Shown: one piece after another, positions 37,390-46,255 of the stretch
How the letters are laid out: the number at the start of each line of letters is the position of its first letter
How positions within the stretch are numbered: position 1 is the stretch's first letter
Notes under the pieces: model-generated
What the model was told of the DNA's origin: nothing
What the model saw: only the letters and a program-made list of their open reading frames with translations
The model's database searches: none
Source: Candidatus Magasanikiibacteriota bacterium
GTDB taxonomy: Bacteria > Patescibacteriota > Patescibacteriia > Magasanikbacterales > UBA922
Assembly (NCBI GenBank): GCA_018650645.1
Contig: JABIFP010000005.1
Span: 35,486-99,485 of the forward strand
DNA length: 64,000 nucleotides
Direction of reading: 5' to 3'
Translations under genes and position numbers: made by a program

Positions 37390-40248
37390 ATGGCCATTTC
37401 AAGTACCATTACACAGATTAAAAAACGAAACAGCGACGTTGTTCCGTTTGAACCTGCAAAGATTGAAGCTGCAATGCTTAAGGCATTTAACGGAACTCGC
37501 GCGGGAGTTGACGCGGGACTTTTGAATGCACTTGCAAAAGAAGTGATTTCAACGTTAGAGACATTATTTGCCCAAAAATCACCAGGAGTAGAGGACGTAC
37601 AAAATGTAGTAGAAAATGTTTTGATGGAAGCGGGATATTTTGATGTTGCAAAGCACTATATTATTTATAGATACGAGCACACAAAAAAACGTGCCAAGAA
37701 AAAAGAAGAAACGGTAAAGAAATTAGAAGAGGGTGGTATCTATGTTGTAAAAAAGAATGGACAACGCGAGCCATTTTACATGGACAAACTCAAAAAGGCG
37801 GTACGATTTTATATTCAAGGATACGAATCGATTATTGATATTGATGTCATTACCAATCAGATTCGCCAAGAAGTATATGAAGACATTGCTACCAAAGACA
37901 TTGCACGCGCAATTGTCATGGTGCTTCGAAGTTTTATTGAACATGACCCAGCATATTCTTTTACCGCTGCAAGAGCAGTATTAGCAACAGTATATAAAGA
38001 AGTGATTGGAAAAGAATCAATCGATTACAAAAATATTGAAAATCAACAGCGTGCAGCATTTGTAAATAGCATTCAGCGTGGTGTAGGAGCAGGTAGACTC
38101 GACCCAAGAATGCTCATGTTCAACCTCACAGAGCTTGCTGATACATTAGTAATGAGCAGAGACAATTTGCACACATACTTAAGTACGCAAACTATTGTTG
38201 ATCGATATTTCTTGCGTATTCCAGAAACAAATGAACTCCTAGAAACACCACAAATCTTTTGGATGCGTGTGGCAATGGGACTTGCATTAGATGAAAAGGA
38301 AGACAGAAACGAATGGGCAAAGAAATTTTATGAAGAAATGTCTGCGCTTCTGTACATTCCATCTACGCCAACATTGTTCCATTCAGGAACTATGCATCCG
38401 CAGATGAGCTCATGCTACCTTACAACGGTAGAAGATTCATTAGATCATATTTTCAAATGTTTTGGAGATAATGCGCAGCTTTCTAAATGGTCTGGTGGAA
38501 TTGGAAACGATTGGACAAACCTGCGTGGTACGAGCTCACTGATTAAAGGAACGGGAGTTGGAAGTCAGGGGATTATTCCATTTTTGAAAATTGCGAACGA
38601 TACAACAGCCGCAATTAATCGATCTGGAAAAAGACGTGGTGCAACATGTGCGTATTTAGAAACATGGCATTGGGATATTGAAGACTTCTTGGAACTCAGA
38701 AAAAACACAGGTGACGAACGCAGAAGAACACACGACATGAATACGGCAAACTGGATTCCAGACCTCTTTATGATGCGTGTAAAAGAAGACGCAATGTGGA
38801 GTTTGTTTAGTCCAAATGAAACACCAGACCTGCATCACACATACGGAAAAGAATTCAAACGCAGATACGAAGCGTACGAAGAAAAAGGGAAAGCAGGAGA
38901 ACTGCAACTCTTTAAACAAATCAAAGCAAAAGATCTTTGGAAAAAGATGCTTACCATGCTCTTTGAAACAGGTCATCCATGGATTACGTTTAAAGATCCA
39001 TGTAACTTACGTTCGCCGCAAGATCACGTTGGTGTGGTACACAGTTCAAACCTTTGTACTGAAATTACCCTCAACACATCTGAAGACGAAACAGCTGTAT
39101 GTAATCTTGGTTCATTGAACTTGGAACGATTTATCAGCGGTGGAACTTTTGATGAAGAAAAAATCAAGCGATCAACAGGTATCGCAATGCGCATGCTTGA
39201 TAATGTGATCAACTTGAATTTTTACCCAACAAAAGAAGCAAAATTCTCTAACATGAAGCATCGTCCGGTTGGAATTGGTGTTCGTGGATTCCAAGATGCG
39301 CTCTTCATGCTCGGCATCAACTTTGATTCTGATGAGTGTGTAGAATTTGCAGACAAGAGTATGGAAATCATTTCTTACTATGCAATTTTGGGATCAAGTG
39401 AGCTGGCAAAAGAGCGTGGTACATACGAAACATACCGCGGATCAAAATGGGATAGAGGAATTTTCCCAATCGATACCATTGCGCTTGTAGAACAAGAACG
39501 CGATACGGTGATTGATGTACCAAGAACAGAAACAATGGATTGGTCTGTGGTGCGTGAACACGTTGCAAAGCATGGAATGAGAAATTCAAACTGTATTTCA
39601 GTTGCACCGAGTGCCACAACAGCAAATATTGCTGGATGTTTCCCAACGGTTGAGCCAATTTACAAAAATATTTATGTAAAGGCGAATCAAGCTGGGGACT
39701 TCACTATTGTAAACCCGTATTTGGTTGCAGAATTAAAGCAAAGAAATTTGTGGGATGCAGAAATGCTTGGGAAATTGAAATATTATGATGGGCAGCTCGC
39801 TCAAATTACAGAAATTCCACAAGACATGAAAGATAAGTTCAAAGAAGCATTTGAAATTCACCCAATGTGGCTCATTAAAGCTGCTGCATACAGAGGAAAA
39901 TGGATTGATCAAAGTCAATCACTGAACATTTTCTATTCAGGGAAAAGTGGAAAGGAAATCAATGACATATATATGTATGCCTGGGATATGGGGCTTAAAA
40001 CGACGTACTACATGCGTACCATGGCAGCCTCACAGGTAGAAAAGTCTACTGTACAAATCAGCAAATACGGAGAAACACATAACAGAGCAACAGGAACCGC
40101 CGCGGCTCCTGAGGCTTCTACTCCAGCTCAACCTGTTCCTGCTCCTACTCCTGCAGCAGCAAAAGCAACCGTGTCAGCAGCCGTTATGGCGCAGGCGGTT
40201 CCTCAGTGTCGGATTGATGATCCGGACTGTGATTCATGTGGGGGATAA
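37390..40248 (+). CDS. nrdA: Class Ia ribonucleotide reductase alpha subunit with two ATP-cones
   Basis: Two KKxxx...F...K cone starts; SSCY, SNLCTEI, CNLGS, KTTYY; C-terminal CxxC. Confidence 0.96.
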   Translation: MAISSTITQIKKRNSDVVPFEPAKIEAAMLKAFNGTRAGVDAGLLNALAKEVISTLETLFAQKSPGVEDVQNVVENVLMEAGYFDVAKHYIIYRYEHTKKRAKKKEETVKKLEEGGIYVVKKNGQREPFYMDKLKKAVRFYIQGYESIIDIDVITNQIRQEVYEDIATKDIARAIVMVLRSFIEHDPAYSFTAARAVLATVYKEVIGKESIDYKNIENQQRAAFVNSIQRGVGAGRLDPRMLMFNLTELADTLVMSRDNLHTYLSTQTIVDRYFLRIPETNELLETPQIFWMRVAMGLALDEKEDRNEWAKKFYEEMSALLYIPSTPTLFHSGTMHPQMSSCYLTTVEDSLDHIFKCFGDNAQLSKWSGGIGNDWTNLRGTSSLIKGTGVGSQGIIPFLKIANDTTAAINRSGKRRGATCAYLETWHWDIEDFLELRKNTGDERRRTHDMNTANWIPDLFMMRVKEDAMWSLFSPNETPDLHHTYGKEFKRRYEAYEEKGKAGELQLFKQIKAKDLWKKMLTMLFETGHPWITFKDPCNLRSPQDHVGVVHSSNLCTEITLNTSEDETAVCNLGSLNLERFISGGTFDEEKIKRSTGIAMRMLDNVINLNFYPTKEAKFSNMKHRPVGIGVRGFQDALFMLGINFDSDECVEFADKSMEIISYYAILGSSELAKERGTYETYRGSKWDRGIFPIDTIALVEQERDTVIDVPRTETMDWSVVREHVAKHGMRNSNCISVAPSATTANIAGCFPTVEPIYKNIYVKANQAGDFTIVNPYLVAELKQRNLWDAEMLGKLKYYDGQLAQITEIPQDMKDKFKEAFEIHPMWLIKAAAYRGKWIDQSQSLNIFYSGKSGKEINDIYMYAWDMGLKTTYYMRTMAASQVEKSTVQISKYGETHNRATGTAAAPEASTPAQPVPAPTPAAAKATVSAAVMAQAVPQCRIDDPDCDSCGG

Positions 40249-40260
40249 TACTATACGCAT

Positions 40261-41295
40261 ATGCCAATTAAAAAAACATCAGAACGAATTGATATCAATC
40301 AGCGTCGGATCATTAATGGAGCCGATGCTGATGTGATGCAATTATATCCAATGCGACATACATTTGCGTGGGAAGCTTACAATGCAGGAAACGCAAACCA
40401 TTGGCTTCCAACAGAAATCATGATGCAAAATGATATTGAGCAGTGGCGAGCAGATGACGTACTTTCAGATGATGAACGTGCGGCATTTAAAACGGTCCTT
40501 GGATTTTTCTCAACAGCAGACTCGATTGCGGCAAACAATATCGTAATTGCAATGTACAAACACATCACTTCTCCGGAGTGTAGAATGTATTTGCTCCGTC
40601 AGGGATATGAAGAAGCAATTCACACGCATGCATATCAGTATATTGTAGAATCACTTGGGTTAGATGAAGGAGAAATCTTCAACATGTACAGAGAAGTTGA
40701 TGCCATTTACGACAAAGCATCATTTATTCTGACATTTAATGAAGGAATCTTTGATCCGTCATTTAAAACAGGAACGTTTGAAGCTGATCAGAAATTTTTA
40801 GAAAATATTGCCGTATTTTCTTTGATCATGGAAGGAATTTTCTTCTATAGTTCATTTGCAGTGATCTTTGGATTCCACAGACAGAACAAAATGATTGGTT
40901 CTGCGGAACAAATTCAATACATCATGAGAGACGAGTCTCAGCACTTAAACTTTGGTATTAATTTGATCAATACGATTAAAGACGAGCAACCAGAACTTTG
41001 GACTGAAGAATTCCAGGCGCACTTGGTGGGTCTGATTAGAGAAGCTGTTGATCTTGAAGCAACATTTGCAGCAACGGTATTCCCGAAAGGAATATTTGGT
41101 ATGAATGCGCCAAGTTTCCGTCAGTATATTGAGCATATCGCAGACCGTAGACTTGCACGTGTTGGTTTGCCAAAGCAATATAATGTAACAAATCCATTTC
41201 CATGGATGAGTGAAGCCGCTGATCTAAATAAAGAAAAAAACTTTTTTGAAACTCGTGTTATTGAGTATCAAACAGGTGGAGCACTCGACTGGTAA
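40261..41295 (+). CDS. nrdB: Ribonucleotide reductase beta subunit
   Basis: FFSTAD, EEAIHTHAY, MEGIFFY, RDESQH, NFFE. Confidence 0.96.
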   Translation: MPIKKTSERIDINQRRIINGADADVMQLYPMRHTFAWEAYNAGNANHWLPTEIMMQNDIEQWRADDVLSDDERAAFKTVLGFFSTADSIAANNIVIAMYKHITSPECRMYLLRQGYEEAIHTHAYQYIVESLGLDEGEIFNMYREVDAIYDKASFILTFNEGIFDPSFKTGTFEADQKFLENIAVFSLIMEGIFFYSSFAVIFGFHRQNKMIGSAEQIQYIMRDESQHLNFGINLINTIKDEQPELWTEEFQAHLVGLIREAVDLEATFAATVFPKGIFGMNAPSFRQYIEHIADRRLARVGLPKQYNVTNPFPWMSEAADLNKEKNFFETRVIEYQTGGALDW

Positions 41296-41417
41296 TTGCG
41301 TACTCCTGTTGGCTCTAGATATTCTGGGGCTGCAGAAGGACACAATTGTATCGGGGGTAGAGGAGTGATAGTGAGATTACTCTGAGGGATTGTTCTTGTG
41401 CCTCTCTTGTCGTGGTA

Positions 41418-41448
41418 AGTCCACTCGTTAGTTCGGGTGGGCTTTTTG
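41418..41448 (+). terminator. Terminator downstream of nrdB
   Basis: AAGTCCACTCG-N6-CGGGTGGGCTTTTT. Confidence 0.6.
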
Positions 41449-41511
41449 TTTGACGGATATTCGTTTAATCAGTACTCTGTAATAGCATTTGCTGATGGAG
41501 GAGAAAATCAG

Positions 41512-41736
41512 ATGGAAATGCAGGCGATTGTGAAGTACGAGCACCTGTCGGTGCTCAAAGGGATGCTCGCTGATGCGAAGACGCTTGAGGCGTTGCGCAA
41601 ACTCGCGGGTGTTTCGCTGCAGGAACTGCTCACTGGCATGGCATGGTTCAAACTTGAGGCATCGTCGCAGGAAGACGAGCGACGGGACTTGGGCAGCGTG
41701 ACTCTGGGCGAGCTCAGGCAGATGCTCGCAGAGTAG
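41512..41736 (+). CDS. GC-rich small orphan protein (74 aa)
   Basis: TTGACG-17-TACTCT promoter and GGAGG SD. Confidence 0.55.
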   Translation: MEMQAIVKYEHLSVLKGMLADAKTLEALRKLAGVSLQELLTGMAWFKLEASSQEDERRDLGSVTLGELRQMLAE

Positions 41737-41824
41737 GGCTAAGTGGACCGAACCAACCTATCCACCGTTGACGAGAGGGCAACGATCCTGTATTCTCTTG
41801 TGACGAACACAAGGGGGACATTGG

Positions 41825-42061
41825 GTGTTTGAAATGCGAGTACATGCTCGCGATCCATATCAGGTAAAGATTGTGGTGGGGACGGCCGGGCCGCTCGGTA
41901 GCAATTGGGAGCCTGATGTGACGCAAGAAGAGGACGGTGTTGTTGGCACGATTCGTATTACTGACCGCCGCCTTGCCAGGCAGTTTCTGCAGGATGCCAT
42001 GGTGGTAGCCCGTGCGCTGCCGAGTCAGATCACCGTCATCGGCGACCTGTCGCTGAACTAA
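41825..42061 (+). CDS. GC-rich small orphan protein (78 aa)
   Basis: TTGACG-17-TATTCT promoter and AAGGGGG SD. Confidence 0.55.
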   Translation: MFEMRVHARDPYQVKIVVGTAGPLGSNWEPDVTQEEDGVVGTIRITDRRLARQFLQDAMVVARALPSQITVIGDLSLN

Positions 42062-42101
42062 CTTCCCAATACAATGGGGCATTGAAGGAGGTATTGGGAA
42101 C

Positions 42102-42137
42102 AAACAAAAAAGACGCATGTGTGCGTCTTTTTTGTTT
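42102..42137. terminator. Bidirectional terminator with the same arms as 51267-51303
   Basis: AAACAAAAAAGACGCA-N4-TGCGTCTTTTTTGTTT. Confidence 0.8.
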
Positions 42138-42717
42138 ATGTAGAGAAAAGATTTTTTAACGATTCTTTTTTCTCTGTATCAACTTGCGCTTCCCAGAAGT
42201 AACGCTGTATTTCTTTTTCGTAAAACTGTGGTTCTGTTCCAATCTTGAGTAATTCTTCAAAACTTACGGGATAGAGTGAAATTTTTTCACCAGCATCGAG
42301 GTTTAATTCAGCTACATTTGTAATCCCCTTTGCAATAAAGGTGTAAACGGCCCATTCAATCTTTGATATTGGTTGTTGTGCGTCCAAGAGAATATATTCT
42401 TTTGCGCTGTATCCGGTTTCTTCAAGAAGCTCTCGTTTTGCTGCTGTGAGAATATCTTCCCCTGCATCAACGCGACCACCTGCAGCACCAATGAAGGGCG
42501 CTTTTCCGGGCTGTTCTTGTTTTGTTAACAATATCTTTCCATCATCTGTAATTGCAAAAACAATCACGGTGTCTGGTCGCTTTAGTTTCTCAAATATCGT
42601 CGTTGAGCCATCATACATCTTTTGCTCCCATTGATACACATCAAATATTGCACCAGAGAAAACCTTTTTTGCATGTGCTGGAAGTGGTTGTGAGGATTTT
42701 GGTCGTGGAATGTCCAT
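42136..42717 (-). CDS. NUDIX hydrolase (ADP-ribose pyrophosphatase-like)
   Basis: Nudix box GGRVDAGEDILTAAKRELLEETG; start taken at MDIPRP. Confidence 0.88.
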   Translation of the reverse strand: MDIPRPKSSQPLPAHAKKVFSGAIFDVYQWEQKMYDGSTTIFEKLKRPDTVIVFAITDDGKILLTKQEQPGKAPFIGAAGGRVDAGEDILTAAKRELLEETGYSAKEYILLDAQQPISKIEWAVYTFIAKGITNVAELNLDAGEKISLYPVSFEELLKIGTEPQFYEKEIQRYFWEAQVDTEKKESLKNLFST

Positions 42718-42728
42718 GTGTTTTTTTT

Positions 42729-42756
42729 GCTCGCCTGCCGAAGCTTTAGCGTAGGC
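42729..42756 (-). repeat. REP-like palindromic element directly after tRNA-Leu
   Basis: GCCTACGCTAAAGCTTCGGCAGGCGAGC, which can form a hairpin and translates as AYAKASAG. Confidence 0.55.
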
Positions 42757-42843
42757 TGGTGCCGTGGGCGGGACTCGAACCCGCGCGAGGTTTCCCTCAA
42801 GGGATTTTAAGTCCCTCGTGTCTACCAACTCCACCACCACGGC
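42757..42843 (-). tRNA. tRNA-Leu (UAA)
   Basis: GCCGTGG/CCACGGC acceptor stem, CTTAAAA anticodon loop, long variable arm, TTCGAG, ACCA end. Confidence 0.96.
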
Positions 42844-42953
42844 GTGAAGTAGGGACAATATAGCAGAAAGAGGTAACTCAGGCAAGAGGGCGGTGGATTG
42901 ACAGAAAGAGGAGGGTTTGGTTAAGTTACTATAGAAACCATAAGGAGGTTCTG

Positions 42954-43322
42954 ATGAGAAATGCTCTGGTAGACGATAAGACGTTGCCGCTGTACGATCA
43001 AAGTGATGTGGCCATGTTTGGCTGCCCGCTCTGTGAGTGTAGTGATGCGTCGTACCGGGTTGTGGATGTGTGGGAAGTTGCGGGCAACCCAATTGTCCAG
43101 GTGCTTGTGCACCTCGATGCGGAGTGCTCGGGGCGGTTCCGTCAGCGTTGCGATGCAATGTTTTGTCTGGAGTCCCCGCGGACACACCCATGCGGGATTT
43201 GCTCCAGCAGGGATTTCGATCATCCTGACGACGCGGAGCTGCCGCGGCCCACGCCACCACGATCGTCTAGGCACAGGCACACGGGCTCTCCGCCCAAGGT
43301 TCCTGCCGTCCTTGATGACTAG
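42954..43322 (+). CDS. GC-rich Cys-rich orphan protein, possibly Zn-binding
   Basis: Perfect SD TAAGGAGGT; CPLCEC...CGIC. Confidence 0.6.
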   Translation: MRNALVDDKTLPLYDQSDVAMFGCPLCECSDASYRVVDVWEVAGNPIVQVLVHLDAECSGRFRQRCDAMFCLESPRTHPCGICSSRDFDHPDDAELPRPTPPRSSRHRHTGSPPKVPAVLDD

Positions 43323-43446
43323 TTCTGGCGGCGTTCGGTTCTTCGCGCGTCGCCCTGAGTATATATACGTATATTCAGGGAGGAGGATGCGAAGAATCGA
43401 ATAAAAAAAAGAGACTGCATAGCGCAGTCTCTTTTCGTTTGTAATA

Positions 43447-44505
43447 TTAATTGTGTTGCAGTTCTTTATTGTAATAATGATCGTACATGGTAACAACTGC
43501 AAGGAAGAGTGACATAAGCACCGGCCCAATGACGAATCCAGAAATACCAAAGATCATGAGCCCACCAAGAGTAGAAAAGAGTACTAATAGCGGATGCATT
43601 TGTGTGTCTTTTCCAATAAGTGGTGGTCTGAGTAAATTATCAATGTTACTGATAATTACTGCGCCCACAATAAGAATGGTAAGTCCTTGCCATGTGCTGC
43701 CTGTTGCCAGCATGATCACACCAGCAGGGAACCATACAACAAACGATCCAATTGCTGGAATAATAGAAAGAATCGTCATAACTACTCCCCAAATCAGTAC
43801 CCCTTCTACGCCGGTAATGGCAAAGAGAATTGCACCAAGCACACCCTGAATTCCGCCAATAATAACGGTACTTTTCAGTGTTGCTCTTGCTGTAGAAGTA
43901 AATCGACTATAGAGCATTTTTTCATACGTGTCTCCAAGAGGAGAGAGGTGCATGAGCCTATCAAGCATGCGCTTTCCGTCTTTGAGGAAATAGAAGAGGG
44001 AATAGAGCATGAGGAAAGAAAGGAACAGGAACCGTAGTGAATTGGATGTGAGTGCTTTGACACTGGCAAAGATTGTAACTGAAAGCGATTTTGCTGCGCC
44101 CGCTGCATATTCTTGCCATTGCGCTTGAATCATATCGAATACCGGAGCTGCAAATGATTGCTGCAGCCTGGTGGTAAGTTCTGCTGCGCTTCCAAACATC
44201 TCGCCTGAAGCAATTTGTGTATAAAGGACTGCCGATTCTTGCACTAAGAGAAGTGAAAGCAAAATAAGTGGCATAAACAGGAGCACAATCACGAGTAGCA
44301 CAGTAATTGCTGCACTGGCTGATTTGATTTTGATATGTTTATCAATCCACAAATATAGTGGATAGAACATAACCGCGACAACGGCCGCCCAAAAAATTGG
44401 ATAGGCAAATGGACGAAGCAGATACAGGGCCATGAGTCCAAGTAGGATGATAGTACCTACAAAGAACCCAGATTGCATCCGCGCAAAGCTAATGCTTTCT
44501 TTCAT
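43447..44505 (-). CDS. AI-2E (PerM) family transporter
   Basis: Multiple TMs; YFLKDG, IPAIGS, IDNLLRP, HPLLV, GFVIGP. Confidence 0.92.
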   Translation of the reverse strand: MKESISFARMQSGFFVGTIILLGLMALYLLRPFAYPIFWAAVVAVMFYPLYLWIDKHIKIKSASAAITVLLVIVLLFMPLILLSLLLVQESAVLYTQIASGEMFGSAAELTTRLQQSFAAPVFDMIQAQWQEYAAGAAKSLSVTIFASVKALTSNSLRFLFLSFLMLYSLFYFLKDGKRMLDRLMHLSPLGDTYEKMLYSRFTSTARATLKSTVIIGGIQGVLGAILFAITGVEGVLIWGVVMTILSIIPAIGSFVVWFPAGVIMLATGSTWQGLTILIVGAVIISNIDNLLRPPLIGKDTQMHPLLVLFSTLGGLMIFGISGFVIGPVLMSLFLAVVTMYDHYYNKELQHN

Positions 44506-44617
44506 AGGGTGAAGATAAGAATATTGATGTGAGTATAGCACGGATGGGAGATTGACAGAAAGAGTAATTAGTGGTAGGTTCAGGGTGCGTTTCATGAAGC
44601 CCAGAAGGGAGGGCAGA

Positions 44618-45115
44618 ATGCTGAAGAGTTTGAACAGGAAGAGGAACGGGGAGTACTCACCACCAGTGATGGGGGTCCTTATTCTGCTTGTAGGGGTGTT
44701 TGCCTTCATGCTCGGGAGGGAGCAGGGCTTTTCAGAGACCAAAACTCCGGAGCAGAAGCTCACGCGGCAACGTGCTGTCGGCTACCATCGTCTCAACAGC
44801 GGACTGGAGAATGGCTCCTGCCGCAAGAAGAGCGACTGGCGGCGCTTTCCGGGCGAGTGCATCACCGTATGCACAACGACGTCCGGCATGGCCATGGTCA
44901 CCGTTCACGAAGCAGATGACTGCAAGAACGGACAGTTCGACGGGCTGCGTCCGACACAACTGCAGATGTTGCAGACCAACCTGAACGAGTGCGGCATCTT
45001 CAACAGGTGGGCAACGGACAACCAGTGTCGGCTGGTCTGCCCGCTCGGTCGTGCCCGCTTTAGCCTTCCGCAGCACATGTGCGACAAGTTCGCAGATCAG
45101 CCACCGGAAGGATGA
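44618..45115 (+). CDS. GC-rich, membrane-anchored, Cys-rich orphan protein
   Basis: TTGACA-17-TAGGTT promoter, GGGAGG SD, one TM, 8 Cys, downstream hairpin. Confidence 0.6.
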   Translation: MLKSLNRKRNGEYSPPVMGVLILLVGVFAFMLGREQGFSETKTPEQKLTRQRAVGYHRLNSGLENGSCRKKSDWRRFPGECITVCTTTSGMAMVTVHEADDCKNGQFDGLRPTQLQMLQTNLNECGIFNRWATDNQCRLVCPLGRARFSLPQHMCDKFADQPPEG

Positions 45116-45247
45116 TCACAACCTCTTGAGTCGGGCGCCCAAGGCGTCCGGCTCAACCAATATATGCATCCCCATGCATTATTTTTTTTGTTTCCATATA
45201 GCGTAGGGCATGGTATACTTTTCTCGTATATTTTTGCCTGTTTTTTT

Positions 45248-46243
45248 ATGAAAGAACCAACATATCGCTCAGCCCTTTCTCATGGGTGGAATATTTTCTG
45301 GGACCACAAGCTATTGTGGCTATTTGGTTTCTTTGCTGCCTTTTTAGGGCAAATGGGACTCCTCGATATAATTACACAATTGAATTTGGCGCCAAAGCAA
45401 TACACCATGTATGAACCGATTTCGAATCTTCCAGAGATTATTGCATTTATTATTGCAACAGTGAAAGCACTTCCATGGGATGCGGGAAGTATGGTGTGGT
45501 CACTGTGGTTATTGATTTTCTTTGGTGGAGCAGCGCTGTTATTAGTATTCGTATCAGTCACTTCACAAGGGGCATTGATTCACGGCATTGGGCAATCACT
45601 TAAGGGTCGTAAAAAGAAACATATCGATGTATCAAAAGCATGGCATGCTGGAACCGGACATTTTTGGCGCCTATTCTTTTTACATATTGCAAAAAAGGTA
45701 TCGCTATTTACCGTAATGGTAATTGCCGGGCTTGCAGCATACAGTTATGGTATGAGCGGCGCACCACTTGATGCTGGATTATTTTATGCAGCACTCATTT
45801 TGGCAGTAGCAGTCGGTGTAATCACTTCATTCTTGCTCATTTATGCAGCAGGGTATGTCGTTATTGAAGAGTATTCGTTTGGTGAAGCTATTAAGGCAGC
45901 CTGGGCACTCTTTAAAGATCACTGGCTCGTCTCTTTAGAAGTGGCTGCGATTATGGTGCTTGTGAATATTCTGTTTGCTATTGTCTCTGCCGCAGTATTC
46001 CTATTGTTTGTTGGAGAAATGGCTATCATTTTGGCAGGATCACTTGTACTTAGTGCGGGTGCGCTGTATACCGGTATGCTGATTTTTGGTTCATTACTAT
46101 TTGCGACATGTTTGGCATTCTTTGGAAGCTTGCTGACTGTATTTTCAACATCAACATGGATGTATTTATTTGCAACAATGCATAAAAAAGGAATGAAGAG
46201 TAGAATTCATCATACGTTTGCCCGCCTGCTCAAACGTCGTTAA
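45248..46243 (+). CDS. Polytopic membrane protein
   Basis: Multiple TMs; LWLFGFFA, FWRL. Confidence 0.75.
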   Translation: MKEPTYRSALSHGWNIFWDHKLLWLFGFFAAFLGQMGLLDIITQLNLAPKQYTMYEPISNLPEIIAFIIATVKALPWDAGSMVWSLWLLIFFGGAALLLVFVSVTSQGALIHGIGQSLKGRKKKHIDVSKAWHAGTGHFWRLFFLHIAKKVSLFTVMVIAGLAAYSYGMSGAPLDAGLFYAALILAVAVGVITSFLLIYAAGYVVIEEYSFGEAIKAAWALFKDHWLVSLEVAAIMVLVNILFAIVSAAVFLLFVGEMAIILAGSLVLSAGALYTGMLIFGSLLFATCLAFFGSLLTVFSTSTWMYLFATMHKKGMKSRIHHTFARLLKRR

Positions 46244-46255
46244 TCTGAACGTAAT

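Noticed and set aside
40261-41295. Class Ic (Mn/Fe) RNR beta subunit
   Set aside because: The radical Tyr (EEAIHTHAY) and the first Asp ligand (FFSTAD) are retained, consistent with class Ia
42718-43260. Long N-terminal extension of the NUDIX ORF (374 aa)
   Set aside because: It runs through tRNA-Leu and antisense to another gene; the likely start is 42717
33590-45160. Integron cassettes as an explanation for the GC-rich islets
   Set aside because: No intI and no convincing RYYYAAC...GTTRRRY attC sites; the islets are dispersed and carry their own promoters
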